DNA from: Aggregatilinea sp. | Lineage (GTDB): Bacteria; Chloroflexota; Anaerolineae; Aggregatilineales; Aggregatilineaceae | DNA: 64,000 nt | NCBI RefSeq assembly: GCF_036822615.1 | Contig: NZ_DAISHJ010000015.1 | Coordinates: forward strand, 7,658-71,657 | Direction: 5' to 3' | Shown: positions 54,051-64,000 of the stretch, piece by piece | Numbering within the stretch: the first letter of the stretch is position 1 | Layout: the number at the start of each line of letters is the position of its first letter | The notes under the pieces: model-generated | Seen by the model: the letters and a program-made list of their open reading frames with translations, nothing else | Told to the model about the DNA's origin: nothing | The model's database searches: none | Program-made: the position numbers and the translations under genes

Positions 54051-55787
54051 CTACTCGCTGCTTTCCGCCCGCTCGAACAGCGGCAGCACGTTGAGCGGCG
54101 CGGGATAATCGCGCAGCCACTGCCCGCCCTCGTGTACTTCGCTGGGATCCCAGCCGCTCTGCCACGTGCCGGGCGGCAGGTAGATGTCGCGTGAACGCGC
54201 GCCCTCCACGATCACCGGCGCGACGAGCAGATCGTCGCCGATCAGGTATTCGTCCGCGCAGGTCAGCGCGTCCTCGTCGTGCGGGGCCAGCCACCACAGC
54301 GGGCGCACCAGCGGCACACGCTGGCGGGCCAGCTTGATCGTCTGCGCGGCCACCTGCCGGTGCAGGTCGGCGTACTGCGCGCAGATCTCCGCGCACTCGC
54401 CGCCGTAGTCCCACGGCGCGAGACTGAACTGGATGATCGGCATCGGTGCGACGGCCTGCGTCCAGCGGATCATCAGTTCCGCCGTCACTTTCTGGTCGAA
54501 GTACTGGTTGCCGCCGATCATATCGGGGAAGCTGTACGGGTAGCCCAGCAGGTTGAGCGTCATGGCCTGCGTGATGCAGCTCGCCAGCCCGTTGTCGTAG
54601 CCCCACACGCTGCTTTTGTCCCACTGGCGGAATAACATCGGGAACGCCTGGCTGCGCCACGCGGCGCGGCTGTCCGACCACGGATAATGTGCCGCCGCGC
54701 CCCGGATGTAGGTCGTGCTGGCGGTGTTGGGCGCGCCGCCGTCGTGCCGTACCGTGCCGGGGATGTCGTAGAACATACCCTCGCCCGCGTCGAACTTGAA
54801 GCCATCCACCCCGACCTGCCCCGCCAGCCGTTCCAGGCGGCCCATGTGCCATTCCAGCGCGTCGGGATTCGTCACGTCCAGAAAGACGGCTTCACCCTCC
54901 CACCACTGGCCGATGTACGGCGTGCCATCTTCGCGCTTGATGACGTAACCCTCGTCGATGGTGGTCTGGAAGTGCATCGAATCGGCGTTGAAGAACGGCA
55001 CGCACCACAGCGTGACGGCCATACCCAGCTCGTGCAGCATGCGGATCGTGTGGCGCGGGTTGGGGAAAGGGGCCGGATCGAAGCGCGTATCCCCGAACGC
55101 GCGCTGCCACTTGGCGTCGATGCCGAAGATGCTGCACTGGAAGCCGAGCTGCTGCATGCTCTGCACGTGGTCCAGGATCAGGTGGTGCGCGATGTTGTTT
55201 TTGAAGCGCGCCCAGGTGGTCCACAGCGGGCGCTCGAACAGGTAATCCGGCGGGGGATCGCTGACCTCGATCTGCTGCCAGAACGCCTCAACCACGGCGC
55301 GGGCGGAATCGAGCACGAAGAATCGGATCGTCAGCCCCTCGCCGCGAATGGTCAGCGTGCCATCCGTCTCGCGCCCGGCGGCCAGCGGTGGGCGCTGGTC
55401 GAGCGGCGCGGGCGCGCCGAAGCTCTGCGCGGGCGGCTCCCCTTTCAGCGGCGCGTTGAAGCTGGTCTCCATGCGGTCGCCCTCGACCCACACGCCAAAC
55501 CCGTTCGAGTTGATCCACAGCGGCTCCAGGATGCCTAGCAGTCCTGTGCCGCCGTTGTCGCTGGTGACGAACGGCGCGGGATACTGCGCGATCTTTTCGA
55601 GCGGCCACTGCTGGTGGCCCAGTCCGCCCTGGCCGTACCAGTGTGCGTCGCCCAGCGCGATGCGGATCTCGTTCACGCCGCGCCAGATCACGCCGTAGGC
55701 CCACGATTCCACCTCGGGCTGGGCCGGGTTTACGTCGAGAATGTCGAGCGGAGCGTTCCCTTGTGCGCCCTGTAATACGTGAGTCAT
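54051..55787 (-). CDS. Glycoside hydrolase family 31 protein (KFDAGE clade), cytoplasmic
   Basis: FGIDAKWQ, VDGFKFDAGEG and MIGGNQYF. ATG 55787 (MTHVLQG) is preferred over the track start at 55892. Confidence 0.85.
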   Translation of the reverse strand: MTHVLQGAQGNAPLDILDVNPAQPEVESWAYGVIWRGVNEIRIALGDAHWYGQGGLGHQQWPLEKIAQYPAPFVTSDNGGTGLLGILEPLWINSNGFGVWVEGDRMETSFNAPLKGEPPAQSFGAPAPLDQRPPLAAGRETDGTLTIRGEGLTIRFFVLDSARAVVEAFWQQIEVSDPPPDYLFERPLWTTWARFKNNIAHHLILDHVQSMQQLGFQCSIFGIDAKWQRAFGDTRFDPAPFPNPRHTIRMLHELGMAVTLWCVPFFNADSMHFQTTIDEGYVIKREDGTPYIGQWWEGEAVFLDVTNPDALEWHMGRLERLAGQVGVDGFKFDAGEGMFYDIPGTVRHDGGAPNTASTTYIRGAAAHYPWSDSRAAWRSQAFPMLFRQWDKSSVWGYDNGLASCITQAMTLNLLGYPYSFPDMIGGNQYFDQKVTAELMIRWTQAVAPMPIIQFSLAPWDYGGECAEICAQYADLHRQVAAQTIKLARQRVPLVRPLWWLAPHDEDALTCADEYLIGDDLLVAPVIVEGARSRDIYLPPGTWQSGWDPSEVHEGGQWLRDYPAPLNVLPLFERAESSE

Positions 55788-55959
55788 CGTCCTTCGAGCC
55801 TTTCGTCGCCTCGCGCCGCCTCTAGCGCTGTGTCCGCCGCCAATCGTAACGATGCCCGCCGCGCTTGTCCACTTATGCACAGTGCGGCTCATAACAGGTT
55901 AGAATCATACTGTGTTGCGTGCCGTGCCTGCTTTTCGCCCCTGACCGGTGGATTTGCTC

Positions 55960-57696
<1,737 letters not shown>

Positions 57697-57702
57697 ACGG
57701 GC

Positions 57703-59010
57703 ATGACTGAACCGTACCTGATCGAACTGAAGCACATCAGCCAGATGTATGGCCGCGCCGATCGCCGTTTTACGGCGGTGCATGACGTCTCGTTTGCCAT
57801 CAATTCCGGTGAGCTGGTCGCGCTGCTGGGGCCGTCCGGCTGCGGCAAAAGCACGCTGCTGCGCACCATCACCGGCCTGAACGTGCCCACCGAAGGCGAA
57901 GTGCTCTACCGCGACCAGCCGCTAAAAGGGGTCAATCCCCACGCGACGATCGTGTTCCAGACCTTCGCGCTGTTCCCCTGGCTGACCGTGCAGCAGAACG
58001 TCGAGGTGGCGCTCAAGGCGCGCGGCATGGCGGAGCGGGAGCGCGGCCCGCGCGCCGTGGAACTGCTCGACATGGTGGGCCTGGACGGCTTCGAGCGGGC
58101 TTACCCGCGCGAGCTGTCGGGCGGGATGCGCCAGAAGGTCGGTTTTGCGCGGGCGCTGGCCGTCGAGCCGGAGCTGCTGTGCCTGGACGAAGCGTTTTCG
58201 GCCCTGGACGTGCTCAGCGCGGAGACGCTGCGCGGTGAGCTGCTCGAACTGTGGTCGAGCGGCAAGATACCGATTCAGTCGATCCTGATGGTGACGCACA
58301 ACATCGAAGAAGCGATCCTCATGGCCGACCGCATCCTGATCATGGACAAACAGCCGGGGCGACTCGTCGCGCACCTGCCGGTGCTGCTGCCGCGCCCGCG
58401 CCAGCGCAAAGATCCGGCGTTTTTGGCTTTGCTGGACCAGATCTACGCGACGATGGCCGGGCAGACGCAGCCGGAGCACATCGAGCTGGGCTCCGCGCCC
58501 GGCGAGGCGGGCCCGACGCGCCTGCTGCCCGATGTCACGGTCAACGCGCTGGCGGGCCTGTTCGAACACCTCAACGACGCGCCCGACAACAAGGCCGACA
58601 TCTACCGCATCGAGCAGGACCTCAAGCTCGATTCCGATCACCTGCTGCGCTTGATGGAAACCGCCGAGCTGCTCGGCTTTGTGACCATCGCGTCGGGCGA
58701 CATCACGCTCTCTCCGCTGGGCGAGACGTTTGCCGAGGCGAGCATCCTGGCGCGCAAGGAGATTTTCGCCGGGCGGCTCAAGCGGCTGCCGCTGTTCAGG
58801 TGGCTGCTGGCGCTGCTGGGTGCCGCCGAGGAGCACCGGCTCGACCGTGACGTGATCCGCACCGCGCTCGAACTCGAATTTGCGCCCGGCGAAGCCGAGC
58901 AGCAGACGGCTATCGCGCTGGCGTGGGGGCGTTATGCCGAGCTGATCGCCTACGACACCTCGACGGACGCCATCACCCTGGAAAGCCCGGCGTCAGTTCC
59001 CGCGGCCTGA
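57703..59010 (+). CDS. ABC transporter ATP-binding protein (nitrate/sulfonate/taurine type) with a roughly 170-aa C-terminal accessory domain
   Basis: GPSGCGKSTLL, LSGGMRQKVGFARAL and LCLDEAFSALD, then a non-ABC C-terminal domain. Confidence 0.9.
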   Translation: MTEPYLIELKHISQMYGRADRRFTAVHDVSFAINSGELVALLGPSGCGKSTLLRTITGLNVPTEGEVLYRDQPLKGVNPHATIVFQTFALFPWLTVQQNVEVALKARGMAERERGPRAVELLDMVGLDGFERAYPRELSGGMRQKVGFARALAVEPELLCLDEAFSALDVLSAETLRGELLELWSSGKIPIQSILMVTHNIEEAILMADRILIMDKQPGRLVAHLPVLLPRPRQRKDPAFLALLDQIYATMAGQTQPEHIELGSAPGEAGPTRLLPDVTVNALAGLFEHLNDAPDNKADIYRIEQDLKLDSDHLLRLMETAELLGFVTIASGDITLSPLGETFAEASILARKEIFAGRLKRLPLFRWLLALLGAAEEHRLDRDVIRTALELEFAPGEAEQQTAIALAWGRYAELIAYDTSTDAITLESPASVPAA

Positions 59011-59020
59011 TTGCGCCGCG

Positions 59021-59518
59021 TCAGGAATGCATCACGCCGGAGACAGGCGCATCCCAGATCAGCGCGGCGTCCTTCGATAGCTGCGCGTCGATCCGTGCCG
59101 CGATCTCGTCCGGGTAGGGGGCGGTGCGCCGCACGGTGAGATCCGCGAACGAGTTCACGCACTCGAAGGTCGAGGCAAGCGTGCCGCGCGTCTCGTTGAC
59201 CATGAACATCATGTAGTGGATGCGCTTGGCGCTGCGATCCAGCAGGCGCACGTACACCGCGACCGTATCCCCCACCAATACCTCGTTCAAATAGTGAATG
59301 TGGTGCTCCAGGTCGAAGCCGCCCGTCCCGTGCTGCTCGTGATAGGCCGGGGACAGGCCCAGCCCGGCGGCGAACGGATAGCCCGCGTCATCGAACACCG
59401 CCAGATACCAGCGGATGTTCATATGCCCGTTTTCGTCTTCAAATTCCGGCGGGATCTCGGTGCGGTAAATGTGCGTGAGCGCGGTGATCTGGTCGAGAGG
59501 GATCGCGGGTGGTTTCAC
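59021..59518 (-). CDS. Hotdog-fold acyl-CoA thioesterase (4HBT/YbgC-like)
   Basis: EDENGHMNIRWYLAVFDDAG resembles the thioesterase active-site region. 165 aa. Confidence 0.8.
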   Translation of the reverse strand: MKPPAIPLDQITALTHIYRTEIPPEFEDENGHMNIRWYLAVFDDAGYPFAAGLGLSPAYHEQHGTGGFDLEHHIHYLNEVLVGDTVAVYVRLLDRSAKRIHYMMFMVNETRGTLASTFECVNSFADLTVRRTAPYPDEIAARIDAQLSKDAALIWDAPVSGVMHS

Positions 59519-59837
59519 GGCAAGTTCTCCGGTGTGATAAGTCAGGCATGCTGCCGGAAAGCATAGAGCAGATGCGCCCGGCGATCAAGGTCCAGCGGCT
59601 ACGGCTCGATCCGGTGTGCGGGCATCACTGGACACATAGTGAGCAAATCGGGGGGAATCTACGTAAGTTTAATTATGTTTTGATCAATGTAGTATATAAA
59701 TACTGTTGAAAAGCACTGGCTTTGAAACCTAACTTGCTTTACTCTCTGTAAGCAAGGCAAACAGGATGCCGTCATTTGATCATCAGTGTCTTTGTCTGCA
59801 AATATTTTGATGACACTGACTGAATAGTAATCGCTGG

Positions 59838-60131
59838 TTGTACTTTGAGCGCACCGTGGGCGTGATAGACAGGTGCGCTTCATGCTATAACGTGCTGGTT
59901 CGGCATCAGGCCGGACGCGGCACCGGGTTTCCGAAGGATCGACAGCCGCGCCTGTTTGAAGTGTTTTTCAGAGCGCAAAATAGGGGAACGGTCGCCGGAA
60001 CCACCCTGGGCTTGATCATGGCCCGGCAGGCGGCAGAACGTCCCAGTGGCACACTGTTCTTCGAAAGTTATGAAGCGAAAGGCGCGACCTTCACGGTTGT
60101 GCTGCCGGGTGTGCGAATCGAGATCAGCTAA
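59838..60131 (+). pseudogene. Remnant of a histidine kinase: degenerate HATPase_c C-terminus only
   Basis: ...GRGTGFPKDRQPRLFEVFFRAQNRGTVAGTTLGLIMARQAAERPSGTLFFESYEAKGATFTVVLP aligns to the G1/F/G2 boxes with degenerate residues. The H-box and N-box are missing and AT-rich DNA takes their place upstream. Confidence 0.6.
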
Positions 60132-60133
60132 AC

Positions 60134-60508
60134 ATGGCAAGAATCATTGTAATCGAAGACGAAGAGCCGCTGCGCGAAAGCATTCTCACGCTGCTGAGCT
60201 TTGAGGGGTACGAAGCGTCGGGCGCTGCGGATGGATACAGCGGCCTCGCCCAGATTCGCCAACAGATTCCGGACGCGATCATTTGTGATTTGATGTTGCC
60301 CGGCATAGACGGCTTTGAAATCGTTAAGACGATCCACAGCGAACCGGCAACGGCGTCCGTGCGCGTGATCTTCCTGTCCGCGCTGTCCGATCAGACGGTT
60401 ATCGCGCAGGCGAAGGATCTGGGAGTCACATCCTACCTGATCAAGCCGGTGACGTTCGATCTGCTGCTGGGGGCGCTGCAAAGGGTGCTCGGCGCGGACG
60501 CTCCCTAG
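60134..60508 (+). CDS. Single-domain (CheY-like) response regulator
   Basis: IIVIEDEE...AIICDLMLPGIDGFE...VIFLSAL...YLIKP carries all receiver motifs. Confidence 0.9.
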   Translation: MARIIVIEDEEPLRESILTLLSFEGYEASGAADGYSGLAQIRQQIPDAIICDLMLPGIDGFEIVKTIHSEPATASVRVIFLSALSDQTVIAQAKDLGVTSYLIKPVTFDLLLGALQRVLGADAP

Positions 60509-60511
60509 GGG

Positions 60512-60637
60512 CTGTTATGCGCTTTTTTGAGCGAGAGAACTTATTTTTTGCTCTCCAATTGACCCGCGATCCGTAGAGGATGGGCTTGCTCCGACCGTTT
60601 TTTCCTCGGGGTCCCCGCGCAATAGGGTTACGTGGGG
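60512..60637 (+). repeat. Mosaic intergenic repeat, copy 3 (diverged)
   Basis: CTGTTATGCGCTTTTTTGAGCGAGAGAAC...GATCCGTAGAGGATGGGCTTGCTCCGACCGTTTTTT..CGGGGTCCCCGCGCAATAGGGTTACGTGGGG. Confidence 0.7.
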
Positions 60638-60689
60638 TGATTCCCTTTCCCTCCGCTCGCACGGGTCTCATGTCTGTGATGGCGACAGC

Positions 60690-61709
60690 TTATGCCCCCT
60701 TCTTTTGGCTGCTGCGCTCGCCGGCGCGAAACTGCTCCCACCCGCGGACGCCCAGCGCCGCCGCGACCTCGTGCGTGTCGTGCGGACCACAGGCGAAGCA
60801 GTGCACGCCGTGAACGTGGTAATTCCAGCCCGCCGAGGGGTGCGTGTCGTCGTGGAAGGGGCAGCGGAAGTTCCGGCTGAAGCCGCGCTCGTCCGGCGCG
60901 GAGATCGCCCACACGCGCCGCGCTGCCGCCTCGACCTCCTCCACGCACCACTGCTCGTACAGATCGCTGTGTTCCACCGGGCGCGCGGGCAGCGGATCGG
61001 GGGTCAGCGGCTCGTCTTCGGGCAGCGCCAGCAGCGGCAGCCGTTCCAGGATCGGTTTTAGATTCGCCGCGCCGACCTGCACCAGCAGACGGCCAATGTC
61101 GCCTTTGCTGTCCGGCAGAAACGGCAGCGCGTGAATTCGCAGCCGGATCGGCAGATCGTCCAGCGCGTCGTGCAGCCGCCGCGCGAACAATGTCCCGGTC
61201 GGGTCGCAGTCCGGCGCGATGTGCAGCGTGCGCACGCCCAGCCGCGCCAGCTCGGTCACGAACCACGCAGGCACGCGCTTGGCCTCGCCATCGAACATGC
61301 ACGTCGCGTTGTAAATCCCGCCTTCCCACAGCGCCCAGAGGTCCGCTTCGCCGCTGGCAAGCCACAGCACGCTTCGTGCCGCACGGATACGTTCCGCCAG
61401 CCTGCCGTCCAGGTCGTACAGCGTGACGCCGTCCGGTTTGCCCGGCAGCCAGCGGTACTTGGGGCGGGCCGTGCTGTCGAACGCCTTCCAACGCCGCGCT
61501 TCGAGGGCAGGGTGGACGGGGTACGTCCAGCCTTGCGCGCGCGGCAGCAGCGCGAAGTGCGCGATCGTCGCGGGGGATAAGCCGCGCGCCGCCAGCAGAT
61601 CGGTCCACAGGGCGGTCACGCGCCGGGGGCGCGATGGACGCCGGGTATGGACCGTGCCGGGGCGGCGGAGGCGCATGGGGCTGCGGCGTACGGATCGAGA
61701 TGCGCTCAT
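60690..61709 (-). CDS. Primase-like protein: DnaG-type linker/KY region and Toprim-like domain followed by a C-terminal CHC2 zinc finger
   Basis: CPFHDDTHPSAGWNYHVHGVHCFACG has the same C-x2-H-x17-C-x2-C spacing as the E. coli DnaG finger, but sits at residues about 283-310 of 339. Upstream are LASGEADLWAL and HIAPDCDPTG (Toprim-like Glu and DxD) and RGLSPATIAHF...PKYRWLPG. Confidence 0.7.
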   Translation of the reverse strand: MSASRSVRRSPMRLRRPGTVHTRRPSRPRRVTALWTDLLAARGLSPATIAHFALLPRAQGWTYPVHPALEARRWKAFDSTARPKYRWLPGKPDGVTLYDLDGRLAERIRAARSVLWLASGEADLWALWEGGIYNATCMFDGEAKRVPAWFVTELARLGVRTLHIAPDCDPTGTLFARRLHDALDDLPIRLRIHALPFLPDSKGDIGRLLVQVGAANLKPILERLPLLALPEDEPLTPDPLPARPVEHSDLYEQWCVEEVEAAARRVWAISAPDERGFSRNFRCPFHDDTHPSAGWNYHVHGVHCFACGPHDTHEVAAALGVRGWEQFRAGERSSQKKGA

Positions 61710-61957
61710 GAGCAGCTTTTGAGACTCATCACCCTCCTTTGCGGACGATTTTTAGGCCTGAATGATAGCTCATTTGTTCTAAAAACGCGAATCGTCGCAA
61801 GCGGCGGGTCGCCCTAAAACGCGGATTCGACCGCTTTCCCACCGCCCGGTGGCACATGCCGGATTTGAGCTACAATCAAGGACGTGAAGCGTTTTTGTCC
61901 CGGCCTGCGCAGCCAGTTGTCCAGGCCCAGGGACCGCATTTTTGAAAGGGCTGCACG

Positions 61958-62767
61958 ATGAAACTGCGTACAACGCCGGTCGTGATTCTGGGCGCGGCTG
62001 TCGCGCTGTGGGCCGGGCTGCGCATCAAGCCGCGCGCTGTGCCCGCTTTTGGCGAACCGACCCCGCCCCTGCGCTGGGTGGATATGCCCGACAACCTGCC
62101 TGCGCCGGTCGCACGGTTTTACGAGGTCATTGCGGGCGGGCGCGTGCCGGAGATTACCTCCGCTGTGATCGATGGCCGCGTGACGCTGCGGTTGGGCGGC
62201 ATCCCGCTGCCGGGGCGTTTCCGCTTCATCCATCAGGCCGGGCAGGGCTACCGCCACGCGATCGAAGTCACCATGTTTGGTGCTCCGATCATGAAGGTCA
62301 ACGAGTATTACCTCGACGGCAAGGCGCGCATGGAGCTGCCGTTTGGCACGGTCGCCAACGAGCCGAAGACCGATCTGGCTGCCAACCTGGGGCTGTGGGC
62401 GGAATCGATCTGGCTGCCTTCGCTCTACGTGACCGATCCGCGCGTGCGCTGGGAGGCGGTCGATGCGATGACTGCGCGGCTGGTCGTGCCGTTCGGCGCG
62501 GAAGAAGACGCGCTGACCGTCACGTTCGATCCGGCGACGGGTCTGCTGCGCCGCCTGGAAGGGCTGCGCTATCGCGGCGCGAAGGACGACAGCAAGATCC
62601 TTTGGCGCAACGAGATGGCCGCCTGGAAGCGCTGGCACGGCGTGCTGATTCCTTCGGTGGGCAACGTGACGTGGATGGACGAGGGCACGCCCTGGTTCGT
62701 GTTCTCGCTGGACGACGTGACCTATAACGCCGACGTGACGGACGCGATCCGCGCGGTGGGTATCTAG
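61958..62767 (+). CDS. Hypothetical protein with N-terminal signal anchor
   Basis: MKLRTTPVVILGAAVALWAGL is the TM/signal anchor. Its codon usage resembles its neighbours. It is the first gene of an operon with the next two genes (3-nt gap). I cannot assign a family with confidence. Confidence 0.7.
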   Translation: MKLRTTPVVILGAAVALWAGLRIKPRAVPAFGEPTPPLRWVDMPDNLPAPVARFYEVIAGGRVPEITSAVIDGRVTLRLGGIPLPGRFRFIHQAGQGYRHAIEVTMFGAPIMKVNEYYLDGKARMELPFGTVANEPKTDLAANLGLWAESIWLPSLYVTDPRVRWEAVDAMTARLVVPFGAEEDALTVTFDPATGLLRRLEGLRYRGAKDDSKILWRNEMAAWKRWHGVLIPSVGNVTWMDEGTPWFVFSLDDVTYNADVTDAIRAVGI

Positions 62768-62770
62768 CGC

Positions 62771-63802
62771 ATGGCGGCGAATACGGACAGTCTGATCCTG
62801 GCGGTCGACGGCGGGCAGAGTTCCACGCTCGCACTGCTGGCCGCGCCGGACGGGTCGATTCTGGGGTCGAGTTTGGGCGGTCCCGCCAACCACGTGCACG
62901 AGCCGGGCGGCATGGACCGCATGCGGCGCACGCTGCGGCAGGTATCCGAAGACGCCTTCGCGGCGGCGGGCCTGCCCTTTGGCCCCGTGCAGAGCGCGTG
63001 CTTCGGGCTGACGGGCGGTGTGGACGTGGCCGAAGGCGTCGTGCGCGAGTTTATGGCCGTGGACGCGCTGCGCGTCGTGCACGATTCCGTGACGGCGCTG
63101 GCCGGGGCGAGCATGGCGCAGCCCGGCGTGGTGGTGATCGCCGGGACGGGTGCGGTTGCTTACGGCGAAGACGGCCAGGGCGCCAGTGCCAAAACCGGCG
63201 GCTGGGGCTACATCATGGGCGACGAGGGCAGCGCCTACGATATCGGTATTCTGGCCCTGCGCGCGGCGACCTCCGCCGCCGACGGGCGTATGCCCCCAAC
63301 GCCGTTGGGCACGCTGATCCCCGCCTATTTCGGGGTCGACTCGTTGGAAGCGGTGCACCGCCTGATTTATTCCGGCGCAGTGGAGCGCCCGCGGATCGCG
63401 GGGCTGGCGGCGGTCGTGTCGCGGTCGGCAGCGGAGGGTGACAAGATCGCCCGTGCGCTCCTGGTGCGGGCTGGCGCGGATCTGGCGACGGCGGTCATTG
63501 CGGTGCTGGCGCGGCTGGGACAGGTGCGCGCGGGCATGTCGATCTATCCGGTAGGCGGCGTGTTCCGCGCCGGACAGTGGATCATGGAGCCGTTCGAGCG
63601 CGCGCTGCATGGCGCGTCGCCTGCCAGTGTGGTGCGCGAACCGGCCTTTGCGCCCATCATCGGCGCGCTGCTGCTGGGCCTGCGTGACGCGGGCATCGAG
63701 CCGGACGACGCGGTGATCGAGCGCATCCGCGCGACGATGCCGCCCTCGGCGCGTTCGAAGGTGGGCGAAGACGACAGAACCCAGGAAACGGGGCAGGCAT
63801 GA
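62771..63802 (+). CDS. BadF/BadG/BcrA/BcrD-type ATPase, N-acetylglucosamine-kinase-like
   Basis: [26 protein letters not shown] and [17 protein letters not shown] are typical of this kinase family. Confidence 0.85.
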   Translation: MAANTDSLILAVDGGQSSTLALLAAPDGSILGSSLGGPANHVHEPGGMDRMRRTLRQVSEDAFAAAGLPFGPVQSACFGLTGGVDVAEGVVREFMAVDALRVVHDSVTALAGASMAQPGVVVIAGTGAVAYGEDGQGASAKTGGWGYIMGDEGSAYDIGILALRAATSAADGRMPPTPLGTLIPAYFGVDSLEAVHRLIYSGAVERPRIAGLAAVVSRSAAEGDKIARALLVRAGADLATAVIAVLARLGQVRAGMSIYPVGGVFRAGQWIMEPFERALHGASPASVVREPAFAPIIGALLLGLRDAGIEPDDAVIERIRATMPPSARSKVGEDDRTQETGQA

Positions 63803-64000
63803 GCGAGTATACGGATCTGTTCGAGCGGCTGCGCGGCCAGTTGATCGTGTCGTGTCAGGCGCTTGACGACGAGCCGCTGCACGGCTCGATTCACATGGCG
63901 GCGATGGCGCGTGCGGCGCTGATGGGCGGCGCAGGCGGCATCCGCGCCAACGGCCCGGACGACATCGCCGCGATCAAACAGGCGGTTCCGCTGCCGGTCA
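63799..64000 (+). CDS. nanE: N-acetylmannosamine-6-phosphate 2-epimerase (5' part, runs off the window)
   Basis: [53 protein letters not shown] matches the NanE N-terminus. The ATG overlaps the upstream stop (ATGA). Confidence 0.85.
   Translation, partial: MSEYTDLFERLRGQLIVSCQALDDEPLHGSIHMAAMARAALMGGAGGIRANGPDDIAAIKQAVPLPV

Noticed and set aside
54051-55787. GH31 as a sulfoquinovosidase linked to the neighbouring sulfonate-type ABC transporter
   Set aside because: The nucleophile region is GFKFDAGEG and the preceding segment is IDAKWQ. This does not resemble the YihQ-type sequence context as I remember it, so the link is too speculative to report as a call.
59659-59883. 74-aa minus-strand ORF inside the AT-rich patch
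   Set aside because: It has no SD and its codon usage is unlike the rest of the window. It spans the two hairpins and is more likely non-coding.
61814-63610. 598-aa ORF on the minus strand
   Set aside because: It is antisense to the hypothetical and BadF-kinase genes, with a low-complexity Arg/Gly/His-rich translation.

Overview
This is a high-G+C bacterial chromosomal segment. By eye it is well above 60 percent G+C, with a few short AT-rich patches. Gene content and the recurrent GTAGGGGC...GCCCCTAC intergenic hairpins suggest a Chloroflexota-type genome, but that is inference only because no search was run. I can support about 49 protein-coding genes, mostly on the minus strand. I recognised no rRNA, tRNA, CRISPR array, transposase or integrase.

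Gene order:
- (1) An arsenic/redox block: FCSCS permease, thioredoxin-like CxxC protein, two ArsR regulators, and a fused double methyltransferase ending in ArsM.
- (2) A GNAT acetyltransferase.
- (3) A cytoplasmic glycan-trimming locus with GH3, GH172/DUF2961, GH35, a URO-D-family protein and GH38. It also carries a MalFG-type ABC importer whose MalG subunit has a roughly 270-aa extra membrane domain, a binding protein and a LacI regulator.
- (4) An SDR, mtnA, mtnK and a ribose-type ABC importer, preceded by a sigma70-like promoter and a lac-like operator.
- (5) A sensor kinase of about 1236 aa with three tandem GAF domains.
- (6) TetR and an MMPL exporter.
- (7) An OmpR-type response regulator, an intramembrane-type histidine kinase, and a MacB/YbbAP-like ABC ATPase and permease. 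Three phased TGCGACA direct repeats lie in front of the ABC genes.
- (8) An SH3b-LysM protein.
- (9) A beta-phosphoglucomutase-like HAD, a secreted WDGSAW-repeat protein, GH31, GH15, a sugar ABC importer and a ROK regulator.
- (10) LysR with a divergent 42-codon small ORF.
- (11) A second GH31, divergent from an ABC system with a duplicated permease and no binding protein.
- (12) A thioesterase, an AT-rich patch, a histidine-kinase remnant and an orphan receiver.
- (13) A primase-like protein with inverted domain order.
- (14) An operon of a hypothetical protein, a BadF-type sugar kinase and NanE (truncated at the window edge).

There is no clear-cut novel multi-gene system. The items most worth a second look are:
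- the permuted Toprim/CHC2 primase-like orphan gene;
- the LysR-linked small ORF;
- the mtnK-mtnA uptake module, which lacks downstream salvage enzymes;
- the extended MalG permease;
- the secreted WDGSAW repeat protein;
- a mosaic intergenic repeat family present five times, always in the same orientation.

All family names come from motif recognition by eye. Short-motif coordinates may be off by 1-2 nt.
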